A stretch of DNA of 64,000 bases from a bacterium (lineage in GTDB: Bacteria; SZUA-182; DTGQ01; JAFGSM01). The position numbers and the translations under genes are program-made. Of this stretch, positions 47,858 through 56,864 are shown one piece after another (the stretch's first letter is position 1; every line of letters starts with the position of its first letter). The DNA is taken from the NCBI GenBank assembly GCA_049472315.1, contig JBLIRN010000004.1, positions 17,108 through 81,107 on the forward strand. Reading direction: 5' to 3'. Under the pieces are notes generated by a model, which saw only the letters and a list, made by a program, of their open reading frames with translations, searched no databases and had not been told where the DNA came from.

Positions 47858-50035
47858 CTAAATCAACGGCTTTCCACCCGGGGTCCCGCCCAGGCCGCCT
47901 CCGAAAAATCCCCCGCCGATTCCTCCGCCGACCCCGGGGATACCTCCCCCAAGGACACCACCGCCAAGACCAATTCCGCCTGCCCCAGGACCAGTCATCA
48001 CCGGCGTCATCGCCGGGGTAACCACCGGCGCGGGAACTACGACCGGCGTGGTAACCGGTGCCGTAACCATGGGTGTCACCGGCGCAGCCGGCGGCATAAC
48101 ATTCGGCACCGCACCGCCGATCCCTCCTCCGACTCCGGGGATGCCTCCACCGGGTACACCACCGCCAAGACCAGGTCCACCTCCCCCCGGACCCGCCATT
48201 AACGGGATCATTGGCGGGGTAACCACCGGCGCGGGAACAGTGACCGGAATGGTGACCGGCACCGTTACCGCCGGCGTCACCGGCGCAGCCGGCGGTATAA
48301 CCACCGGCACTGCAGGGGCCGGGGCCACCGGAGCGGTCACCACCGGCGCCGGTGTTACCGCTGCAGGAGGTAGCACAGCCACCGGCACGGTCACCGCAGG
48401 GACCAGGGTAACCGGGGTCGTAACGGCCGGTACCGGTGTTGCGGGCAGTGCAGCAGGCGGCACCACTACGGGTGTGCCCACAGGGGCCGGGGTGATTCCA
48501 ACCGGGGCCACCGCCGTGGGAGGGGTGATTGCAGCCGGGGGCACCACGGTAACGGGTGGTGTGGGAACAACGGTTGGGGTAACCACGGGAATCGCACCCG
48601 GAACCTGGGGAGCAGGCGCAGGGGCAGGGCCGGCAACGGCTATCGGCGTCGAAGGCAAAGCAATCCCAGGTAACGGTGAAGGTGCCTGGGACAGATGGCT
48701 GAGCAGGGAAAGCAGGAAATCAGGGATCCCGCCAGGCAGGGGGATCTCCAGATCAGGGTTCTGAAGCAATGCCATACCCAGGAGGACATCCCCCAGGCCA
48801 TACAGCCCGCCCAGGCCGCCGTAGAGCCCAAAGAGATCTGTCCCGCCGTACAGACCATAGCCGCCGTACAGGCCCATTCCGCCGTATAATCCGAGTCCTC
48901 CGTATAACCCCATTCCGCCGTAGAGCCCACCCAGACCATACAGACCGCCCATACCATATAAGCCTCCCAGTCCACCGGAGAGCCCGAAGAGTCCCATCCC
49001 GCCATAGAGGCCGTAGCCGCCCCCATATGTCCCCAATAAACCCATCCCGCCGTACAGGCCGTAGCCCCCGTAAAGGCCTGCTCCTCCATATAATCCGAGA
49101 CCCCCGTATAACCCGTAGCCCCCATATAAACCCAATCCGCCATAGTATCCAAGGCCTCCGCCGAATCTTCCCACCGAACCGGCGTAGAGCCCCCCCATCC
49201 CTCCATAGATACCATAGGTACCGCCGTAATACCCATATCCTCCGCCATATCCGCCGATTGAGCCAGCCGGATAGATGAGACCGGGATAGGAAATGGGTAC
49301 ATATCCTCCGGCAATGACTACCTGCGAGGTGTTCGAGGAATCATTCCCGGAATCTCCTGAATCGGCATCGGTCTGCGTATCGTCGGGGAGTAGATTCGCC
49401 TCCTCTCCGGCGAGATGGATGAAGACCAATCCAAAATCCTTCCCATCAATCTTTCTGGTAAGCTGGAATGATTCACGGGGATCATTGGAGGACCAACCCT
49501 GGTCAAGCAGGTGCACATTCGTATCGAGGTATATGTCATACGGGCCCGTCTTCTGCCCGGTAACAGGATCCTTCGACCATAACCAGATATTTCCGACGTA
49601 ACAGTCGGCTCCTCTGATTCCGATCCGTGAAACGGCTTTGAAATCGACGATGTCTTCGGCTATATCGTGCTCAAAAAAAACAGGGGTATCCTGCCCTGTT
49701 TCAAGCTCCGCAAGAGGCACCAGGTACAACGATCCCCGCTTTGATCCCGTATCACCCGTATACGGGCAATACTGAACCAATATCCTGGGCATGCGCGGAT
49801 TGTATGTCTCGACAAACAGGAGAACCTCAAAGGTTTCGTTTGCCAGGCAGTAAAAGCTCAGCACCGATTTCTCCTGAATCCATGCGGCATCGTCCCTCAG
49901 GTCCAGGCTCGCATATGATGTCAGGGAATCCGTTCCCACACCATCCCTCGGAGCGCCCAGTATCATCGCATGGGATACGATGAGGAGGATCAAGAACATA
50001 TGCCAAAGGCGAACACCCCTTTTTTCAATCATCAT
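47858..50035 (-). CDS. Large secreted modular protein: globular domain + Gly/Tyr repeat block + Pro/Ala/Val/Thr block + duplicated Gly-rich tail (725 aa)
   Basis: SD AGGAGA before ATG 50035; signal peptide; repeats GLYGG/GGYG and APVVTP-like. Confidence 0.85.
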   Translation of the reverse strand: MMIEKRGVRLWHMFLILLIVSHAMILGAPRDGVGTDSLTSYASLDLRDDAAWIQEKSVLSFYCLANETFEVLLFVETYNPRMPRILVQYCPYTGDTGSKRGSLYLVPLAELETGQDTPVFFEHDIAEDIVDFKAVSRIGIRGADCYVGNIWLWSKDPVTGQKTGPYDIYLDTNVHLLDQGWSSNDPRESFQLTRKIDGKDFGLVFIHLAGEEANLLPDDTQTDADSGDSGNDSSNTSQVVIAGGYVPISYPGLIYPAGSIGGYGGGYGYYGGTYGIYGGMGGLYAGSVGRFGGGLGYYGGLGLYGGYGLYGGLGLYGGAGLYGGYGLYGGMGLLGTYGGGYGLYGGMGLFGLSGGLGGLYGMGGLYGLGGLYGGMGLYGGLGLYGGMGLYGGYGLYGGTDLFGLYGGLGGLYGLGDVLLGMALLQNPDLEIPLPGGIPDFLLSLLSHLSQAPSPLPGIALPSTPIAVAGPAPAPAPQVPGAIPVVTPTVVPTPPVTVVPPAAITPPTAVAPVGITPAPVGTPVVVPPAALPATPVPAVTTPVTLVPAVTVPVAVLPPAAVTPAPVVTAPVAPAPAVPVVIPPAAPVTPAVTVPVTIPVTVPAPVVTPPMIPLMAGPGGGGPGLGGGVPGGGIPGVGGGIGGAVPNVMPPAAPVTPMVTAPVTTPVVVPAPVVTPAMTPVMTGPGAGGIGLGGGVLGGGIPGVGGGIGGGFFGGGLGGTPGGKPLI

Positions 50036-50692
50036 AACTCTCCTTATGTAAGGACAAAACAAGACAGGCAATCGCACCCGCTGTGTCCGACCATTTTTCT
50101 CTTTCTCCGGTCTGCCCGCTCATGGAATTATATCCGGTGTTCCGGGCAACAGGGCCTATGGACATCGATTCTCCACGGAACCCTCGCGTTGATTGAAAAA
50201 CAAAGAGAGTTCTCCGCCTTACTGGTACTACAAGGTTTTGTGAGAAATATAGTAATGGGGGAAACGTACCAAGATATAGTGTATGTGAAGTATACCGATG
50301 TTTATCCTATGTCCCTTATTTATATAGTATGGTCATACCCCCTCGCTTGTCAAGCATCTGTATGGGGAAAATCCCGAGTGGTATCACCCCCCCTATTGTG
50401 ATACTATAATTACAATTACATAATTCCGTTAAGAAATCCCTTTAAGAATCGCGGGGACGTACCGTTTTCATACGGCCGATGCATCCCGAGTCGACTGCTG
50501 CTGTGTAACACCGTTACCGATGTTTATACGGGCCTTCCCTTTGAAATGGTAGGCCTTCGGCGACGATGGCCGATCCACCGCATGCAGGGCAAGGCATTTT
50601 CCCCCGACGATTTCGCGGGTTCGTGATCATCGGATACATAGTATCATACCAACACCTGGATAATCAGCTTTCAGACAGGGAGGTTTTTCAGG

Positions 50693-51613
50693 ATGCGTCT
50701 TCTCGTTGTCGGATCGATCGCCTTGGATACCATAGCCACCCCATTCGGCACCATCAACGAGGGCCTCGGCGGCTCCGCCACCTATTTCTCCTTGGCCGCA
50801 CGACACTTGACGGATATCAATCTTGTTGCCGTGGTCGGCGAGGACTTCCCGCAGGAACATGTATCCCTTCTTCAGGGAAAGGGGATCGATATTGCCGGGC
50901 TTCAGAGGTCTCCGGGGAAGACCTTTCGATGGACCGGCGAGTACGGATTCGACCTCAACGAGGCCCGAACAATCGATACGCAACTTAACGTATTTCAGGA
51001 CTTCACCCCGCAACTGCCCGAGGCCTATCGCAACAGCGAATGCGTCTTTCTTGCCAATATCGATCCGGACCTCCAGAGAGAGGTCCTGGAACAGGTTGAT
51101 TCACCAACTATTGTGGCGTGCGACACCATGAATTACTGGATCCAAAACAAGCCCCAATCGTTAAAAAAGACGATTGAACGGGTTGACATCGTTATCATCA
51201 ACGAGTCGGAGGTGCGGCAGCTCACCGCAGAGCCCAATCTGGTGAAGGCATCCCGCACCATTCTCTCCTGGGGGCCCAGGATATTGATCATCAAGCGGGG
51301 TGAGTACGGGGTCCTGATGTTCTCGGACGATTCGGTATTCTCGGCGCCGGCATATCCCCTCGAGGAGCTGTTTGATCCTACGGGCGCCGGAGACAGCTTT
51401 GCCGGCGGATTCATGGGATTTCTCGCCAATGTCGGCACAGTGGACGAAACCAACGTGCGAAGAGGAATCATCATGGGAAGTGTCATGGCATCCTTTTGTG
51501 TGGAGGCATTTACCCCGCAGCGGCTGATTGACCTGAATCCTCAGGAAATCAGGAATAGATATTGCGAATTCAAACAATTAACGTGTTTCGAAGATCTCTC
51601 CGAGATCATCTGA
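50693..51613 (+). CDS. PfkB family carbohydrate/nucleoside kinase
   Basis: GSIALD, GGSATY, NESE, KRGEYG, DPTGAGDSFAGG. Confidence 0.92.
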   Translation: MRLLVVGSIALDTIATPFGTINEGLGGSATYFSLAARHLTDINLVAVVGEDFPQEHVSLLQGKGIDIAGLQRSPGKTFRWTGEYGFDLNEARTIDTQLNVFQDFTPQLPEAYRNSECVFLANIDPDLQREVLEQVDSPTIVACDTMNYWIQNKPQSLKKTIERVDIVIINESEVRQLTAEPNLVKASRTILSWGPRILIIKRGEYGVLMFSDDSVFSAPAYPLEELFDPTGAGDSFAGGFMGFLANVGTVDETNVRRGIIMGSVMASFCVEAFTPQRLIDLNPQEIRNRYCEFKQLTCFEDLSEII

Positions 51614-51617
51614 TCCG

Positions 51618-54287
51618 ATGCAGGTTATCACCACGCATATAAACGCCGATTTCGATTCCCTCGCCTCGATGGTCGCCGCCAAGAAGCTCTATCCTGATGC
51701 GCGGATCGTTTTCCCCGGTTCACAGGAGGGAAACCTTCGCTATCTGCTGAAGATCCCCGAGTATAAGGTCAGGTATCACAAACCCAAGGAAATCGATCTG
51801 GGCAGTATCGACCATCTGATACTGGTGGACACGCGGATGGCGGATCGTATCGGCGACCTGGCAAAGGTGCTCGATGCACCCGGACTCACGATCCACATCT
51901 TCGATCACCATCCGAGCCATCCCAATGACATCCACGGGCAGGTCGAGGTGGTCAGGCCTGTGGGCGCCACTACCACGCTCTTTGTCAAGATATTTCAGGA
52001 GAAAGGCATCGACATAACCCCCCACGAGGCGACCATCATGGCGCTGGGCATCTATGAGGATACGGGGTGCCTGACCTTCAGTTCGACCACCGCGGATGAT
52101 CTGCATGCAGCCGGATATCTCCTCGAACGGGGCGCAAACCTCAATATGGTTGCCGACCTGATCGACAGGGGATTGACCACCGGCCACATCACCATCATGA
52201 ACGAGCTCCTCAACTCCCTCGAGATCCACCCCATCAACGGTATCCCCATCCACATCGCCACGGCATCCATCGATCGGTACATGGGGGATATTGCAATTCT
52301 GGCCCACAAGATCAGGGATATCGAAAACATGGATACCCTCTTTCTTCTGGTGCGAATGGAGGACCGGGTTCACCTCGTTGCCAGGAGCCGTATCAGCGAG
52401 GTGGACGCCGGCCTGATCGCACGGGAATTCGACGGCGGAGGGCACCATACCGCAGCCTCCGCCACCATCAAGGAAATGACCCTGGTTCAGGCAAAGGAAA
52501 AACTGCTCGCGGTTCTCCAGCACAATATCCATACACCCAAAACAGCCCAGGAGATCATGACGGCACCGGTCAAGACGGTGACCCAGCACCGGAACATGCT
52601 GGAGGCGAAGGACCTGCTGAATCAATACAGTATCAATACCATACCGGTTACCGGAGATTCGGGTGAATTGATCGGCCTGATCACACGACAGACCATCGAT
52701 AAGGCGATCGGACACGGCATGGAGACCGTCCCGGTCAAGGAGTTGATGGTGAGCGATCTCCTCACCGTCGCCCCTGAGACCTCCATCGACAAGGTCAGGG
52801 AGCTCATGATCGAAAGCAACCAGCGATTTTTGCCCGTACTGAGGGGAGAGACCCTGGTGGGAGTGATCACCAAGACCGACCTCCTGCGGGTCCTGCACGA
52901 CGACCTCTCCCGGTTGCCTCGGCCCTTTCTGTATGAAGGGATGGTGGAAAAGGGGGACTACCAGTCCAAGAACCTCACCAGCCTCATCAAGGAACGCCTT
53001 CCTGACCAGGTGCAGGCCCTGCTCAAAACCGCCGGCGAGGTGGCCGAAGAACTGGGCTTCTCCGCTTATGTGGTGGGAGGGTTCGTCAGGGACCTGATGC
53101 TGCGGGTGGAGAATCTGGACATCGACATCGTGGTGGAGGGGAACGGCATCCTCTTTGCCGAGTACATGCATCATAAACTCGGGGGGAGGCTGTGCTCCCA
53201 CCAGAAGTTCGTCACCGCCGTACTCGTGCTCCCCGACGGATTCAAGGTGGATGTGGCAACCGCCCGATTGGAATACTATCCGAAGCCGGTCGACCTTCCC
53301 AGCGTTGAGATGAGTTCGATAAAGCACGACCTGTTCAGGCGGGATTTCACCATCAATACGCTGTCCATCCAGTTGAATCCGCAACACTTCGGCAGGCTCA
53401 TCGATTTCTTCGGCGGGCAGCGGGACCTCAAGGACAAAAAGATCCGCGTCCTGCACAGCCTCAGCTTCGTCGAGGACCCTACGCGCGTATTTCGCGCCAT
53501 CCGCTTCGAACAGCGGTATGGATTCCAGATAGGCAAATATACCAGAAACCTCATCATCTCTGCCATCAAAAGGGGATTGCTTTCACGGCTTGACGGCAAA
53601 AGGCTCTTTATCGAACTCGACCTGATCTTTCAGGAGCCCGATCCCACAAAGGCCCTGACCCGCATGGGTGAATTCAAGGTGCTCGAGCATCTCACGCCAT
53701 CCATCATCTATTCCCCGGATCTCGAGAAATTGATGATCAACGTGAGAAATGTGATTACCTGGCATGAACTGCTGTATCTCACCGAACAGATTGAAAAATG
53801 GATCGTCTATTTTTGCGCGTTGACCGATTCCCTCTCCGATCAGGAGATGATCACACTCCTGGAGCGATTCAACATATCCGCCAAGGCACGGGACAAAATC
53901 GTCTCCTGCCACAGCACCTCCGCGCAGGTGATCAAGAGGCTCTATCGACTCAAGACGAATCAATACAGCAAGATCTACCTCCTTCTTCGTCCCATCCCCA
54001 CCGAAGGACTGCTCTATCTCATGGCCAAGTGCGAGGCATCGAGATTGAAACAGATGATCTCCCATTTTCTGACCTCCCTCAAGGGTGTTCACGTCGCCAT
54101 AACCGGTGAGGATCTCAAAAAAATGGGATTCACCCCGGGCCCTTCATTCAGGGACATCTTTGAAGATTTACTCAAGGCACGCCTGGACGGTATTGTTAAA
54201 AATATCGAGGAGGAGGCCTCATTCGTAGAGGAACGATTCGGTCACCTCCGCACCCGCACAACAAAATCCAAACAGAAGGGGGTGTGA
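51618..54287 (+). CDS. tRNA nucleotidyltransferase with N-terminal DHH, DHHA1 and CBS domains (A-adding type)
   Basis: THINADFD, FDHH, GGGH, CBS pair, VGGFVRD, DIDIV, ATARLEYY, DLFRRDFTIN, EDPTRVFRAIRF. Confidence 0.9.
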   Translation: MQVITTHINADFDSLASMVAAKKLYPDARIVFPGSQEGNLRYLLKIPEYKVRYHKPKEIDLGSIDHLILVDTRMADRIGDLAKVLDAPGLTIHIFDHHPSHPNDIHGQVEVVRPVGATTTLFVKIFQEKGIDITPHEATIMALGIYEDTGCLTFSSTTADDLHAAGYLLERGANLNMVADLIDRGLTTGHITIMNELLNSLEIHPINGIPIHIATASIDRYMGDIAILAHKIRDIENMDTLFLLVRMEDRVHLVARSRISEVDAGLIAREFDGGGHHTAASATIKEMTLVQAKEKLLAVLQHNIHTPKTAQEIMTAPVKTVTQHRNMLEAKDLLNQYSINTIPVTGDSGELIGLITRQTIDKAIGHGMETVPVKELMVSDLLTVAPETSIDKVRELMIESNQRFLPVLRGETLVGVITKTDLLRVLHDDLSRLPRPFLYEGMVEKGDYQSKNLTSLIKERLPDQVQALLKTAGEVAEELGFSAYVVGGFVRDLMLRVENLDIDIVVEGNGILFAEYMHHKLGGRLCSHQKFVTAVLVLPDGFKVDVATARLEYYPKPVDLPSVEMSSIKHDLFRRDFTINTLSIQLNPQHFGRLIDFFGGQRDLKDKKIRVLHSLSFVEDPTRVFRAIRFEQRYGFQIGKYTRNLIISAIKRGLLSRLDGKRLFIELDLIFQEPDPTKALTRMGEFKVLEHLTPSIIYSPDLEKLMINVRNVITWHELLYLTEQIEKWIVYFCALTDSLSDQEMITLLERFNISAKARDKIVSCHSTSAQVIKRLYRLKTNQYSKIYLLLRPIPTEGLLYLMAKCEASRLKQMISHFLTSLKGVHVAITGEDLKKMGFTPGPSFRDIFEDLLKARLDGIVKNIEEEASFVEERFGHLRTRTTKSKQKGV

Positions 54288-55000
54288 TGACTCCCCCCTC
54301 CACGAATGATTACACCATCAAGCTGCCTATATTCGAAGGTCCGATGGACCTCCTCCTCCATCTCATCAAAAAGGCACAGATAGACATCTGGGATATCCCC
54401 ATCGCCCTGATTACCGAACAGTATCTCGATTACATCCGCATGATGCAGGATCTGAATCTGGATGTAGCCGGGGATTTTCTGGTGATGGCCTCGTATCTGA
54501 TGTATCTGAAGTCGAGGATACTCCTCGTTCCCGGGCCGCAAGACGACGAAGAGGACCCGGAGCAGACCCGGCTGCGACTCGCTCAACGGCTGGTTGAATA
54601 CCAGGCCTGCAAGAGGGGATCGGAAATCCTTGCGCAATTTGAAGAGGAGAGGAACAGGGTCATCCCTGCCCCGGGCATCCCCATTCCCTGCGAAGAGGAA
54701 ATGATCGAGGCCGACCTGTTCGATCTCTTCAATGCCTACTACCTCTTATTCAAGGAACAGATCGATCCTGCACGGCCCCATAGCGTTTCCATTGATCCGA
54801 TTGCCGTCAAGGACGAGATGGCGGTAATCGAATCCACATTAAGAGTAAAGAAAAGGATATTTTTTCGTCTTATATATAGCAATTGTGACCCAGCGCGCTA
54901 TATTGCCGGTTTTTTGGCACTCTTGGAGCTGGCCCGGATACATAAAATCACCATCCTTCAAGGGCACACCTTTGGGGATATAGTGATCCAGGCGGCCTGA
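54284..55000 (+). CDS. scpA: Segregation and condensation protein A (kleisin)
   Basis: FEGPMDLLLHLI, IPIALITEQY, FLVMAS, FLALLEL, Q..TFGDI. Confidence 0.93.
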   Translation: MMTPPSTNDYTIKLPIFEGPMDLLLHLIKKAQIDIWDIPIALITEQYLDYIRMMQDLNLDVAGDFLVMASYLMYLKSRILLVPGPQDDEEDPEQTRLRLAQRLVEYQACKRGSEILAQFEEERNRVIPAPGIPIPCEEEMIEADLFDLFNAYYLLFKEQIDPARPHSVSIDPIAVKDEMAVIESTLRVKKRIFFRLIYSNCDPARYIAGFLALLELARIHKITILQGHTFGDIVIQAA

Positions 55001-55168
55001 ACGTTTTTATGTCCGATTGTGCCTTTGAACATACTGATGCATCCGCTTCCGAGTTTCTGCAGCCGTAGATTGGATATCATGGGAACATGCGTTTCACATG
55101 GTATTTATGCAAGAAAATTCATTCTTTATGAAAGGGAGGTTACAGTATACCTACATTATATTACAAAA

Positions 55169-55181
55169 AATCAAACAATTA
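55169..55181 (+). promoter_or_regulatory. IHF consensus site upstream of a sigma54 promoter
   Basis: AATCAAACAATTA matches WATCAANNNNTTR. Confidence 0.45.
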
Positions 55182-55225
55182 ATTGAATCTATTGGATGTG
55201 GCCCCCTGTCAGGTTATTGATTATC

Positions 55226-55241
55226 TGGCAATATTATTGCA
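55226..55241 (+). promoter_or_regulatory. sigma54 (-24/-12) promoter
   Basis: TGGCAATATTATTGCA: GG-N10-GC with TGGCA and TTGCA cores, about 50 bp before ATG 55290. Confidence 0.7.
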
Positions 55242-55289
55242 TAATTAAGGAGCGGATTATCTTATGCAAAGTATGAGGAGGTTTAAGAG

Positions 55290-56633
55290 ATGGGCAACAA
55301 TAAGAAAAGATTTCCTTGTAATATCCTTTTTTTGATCGCATTGTTATGTTTTTTCATGCTACACGCGGCACCGTCGGTGTATGCGCAGTTTTTCCCGGTC
55401 GATCCCGCGCTCGGCGGTTTCGGATTCGGTGGCTTCGGATACAGCGGCTTCGGTGCACCGTTCTCTGGTTTCTACGGACCTCAGCAAGGCGCAGGATTCT
55501 ATGCCCCTCAGTTTGCGCAACAAGGGGGATTCGCCTATCCGGGTGCAGGACTCAATCAGGGATATCTCCCTTCTGGGTCCGCCGCCTTTCCCAATGTACC
55601 CTATGTGCCGCTCTCATCGAATAGTTCCACTTCATCCAACTCCGATACCAGGACCTACCTATCTTATAATCAAGGCTATAATACCGGAATCAACACGGGA
55701 TACAACCCCGGGTTTAACACGGGATACAACCCCGGGTTTAACACGGGATACAACCCCGGGTTCAACACGGGATACAACCCCGGGTTCCTGCCGGGCGGGT
55801 TGCCCACCACAGGAGCCTTCGGCCCGGCAGCGGCTATGTACGGGCAGCAGGCAGGAATCCAGCCATTCGGGTATTCCGGCTTTGCACCCGCAGCTGCCGC
55901 GGGATTCGCCCCCTTCGGACAGGCTGCCGGAATAATGAATCCATTTATGGGCGGCATCGGTGCGCCCTTTGCCAACCCCTTTGCCGCACAAATGGGGCCG
56001 TTCATGCAGCCCGTCCAAATGGGTCCCTTCGGCCCTCAGATAATGACTCCCTGGAATCAAAATCTCATCCGGCAGCAGCAGGGCTTCAATCCATGGAACC
56101 CATATGCAGTGAATCCATACAACCCCTATCCCACTACCGGGGACGATGACGACGATGACGACGACGACACTGCTGTCACGGATGACATCCCCGATATACG
56201 CGGCTACTGGTCCGGTACGTGGACGATCCTGGAAACCGATACCGATCCCAACGGCATGCAGATTATCGTGGAAGTGGCGGAAGGGGACATCCTCTTCCAT
56301 GTCACCTATCAGAAAATGACCGGCGGCGAGCTCAGAGGAACGGTGGAGATCACCGGATGGGATGCCGGGGATTTCCCGGATTGGCACGGCGAGGAGGATC
56401 AGATAACGCTCACCGGGTGGATCGACAAGTACAGCAGATTGCTCTATGCCCACTACTTCAATTTCACCGGGGATGAGCTCAAGAGCGATCTGTCCAATCT
56501 CATTTGCGACTATACCTGGAATTTCGATAATCTGAAGATTAAGGATACCGGTTTTTCCGGAAATTTCTCGATTCATGGAACCAACAACTACTATGCAATC
56601 GGTACCTTCAATGTAGGGAAATATTCACCATAA
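55290..56633 (+). CDS. Secreted Gly/Phe/Tyr/Pro-rich low-complexity protein with tandem repeats, poly-Asp linker and C-terminal domain
   Basis: SD AGGAGG; signal peptide (VYA|Q); (NTGYNPGF)4; D9; tail starting DIPDIRGYWSGTW. Confidence 0.87.
   Translation: MGNNKKRFPCNILFLIALLCFFMLHAAPSVYAQFFPVDPALGGFGFGGFGYSGFGAPFSGFYGPQQGAGFYAPQFAQQGGFAYPGAGLNQGYLPSGSAAFPNVPYVPLSSNSSTSSNSDTRTYLSYNQGYNTGINTGYNPGFNTGYNPGFNTGYNPGFNTGYNPGFLPGGLPTTGAFGPAAAMYGQQAGIQPFGYSGFAPAAAAGFAPFGQAAGIMNPFMGGIGAPFANPFAAQMGPFMQPVQMGPFGPQIMTPWNQNLIRQQQGFNPWNPYAVNPYNPYPTTGDDDDDDDDDTAVTDDIPDIRGYWSGTWTILETDTDPNGMQIIVEVAEGDILFHVTYQKMTGGELRGTVEITGWDAGDFPDWHGEEDQITLTGWIDKYSRLLYAHYFNFTGDELKSDLSNLICDYTWNFDNLKIKDTGFSGNFSIHGTNNYYAIGTFNVGKYSP
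55692..55787 (+). repeat. Coding tandem repeat, 4 x 24 bp
   Basis: AACACGGGATACAACCCCGGGTT(T/C) x4, encoding NTGYNPGF. Confidence 0.95.
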
Positions 56634-56677
56634 TAAACCGGCGCAGATTCTCTGCGGCGATAGAGAATGACGCGGAC

Positions 56678-56706
56678 GACGCCCGTCGATACTATTGACG
56701 GGCGTC
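56678..56706 (+). terminator. Hairpin, possible weak terminator
   Basis: GACGCCCGTC / GACGGGCGTC stem after 56633; short T-tract. Confidence 0.5.
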
Positions 56707-56864
56707 GGTTTCCGCCAAAAGCGTAATTTTTTAAAATTTTTTCGCGTCATTAATGTCAGGAATGCTCTAGGTTTACCTTATTCATCTATCACGAAGGGGA
56801 GGTGAATTGATGCCAGTTTTTTAGCTATCTCTGTCTTTACGCAAAGAAAGGAGATTGTAAGGTT

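Noticed and set aside
48048-48764. 238-aa Gly/Thr/Ala-rich plus-strand ORF
   Set aside because: Antisense shadow of the repetitive 725-aa gene, which has an SD, signal peptide and upstream promoter-like TTGACA.
50590-50610. Other GG-N10-GC spacings (e.g. near 50595 and 15300)
   Set aside because: They lack the TGGC core, so they were not called as sigma54 sites.
51720-53456. Long antisense ORFs opposite housekeeping genes (also 497-1429, 2940-4097, 20894-21949, 35130-36206, 44426-45508, 59281-60273, 61135-62082)
   Set aside because: Typical GC-rich shadow ORFs; the opposite or overlapping frame carries clear family motifs.
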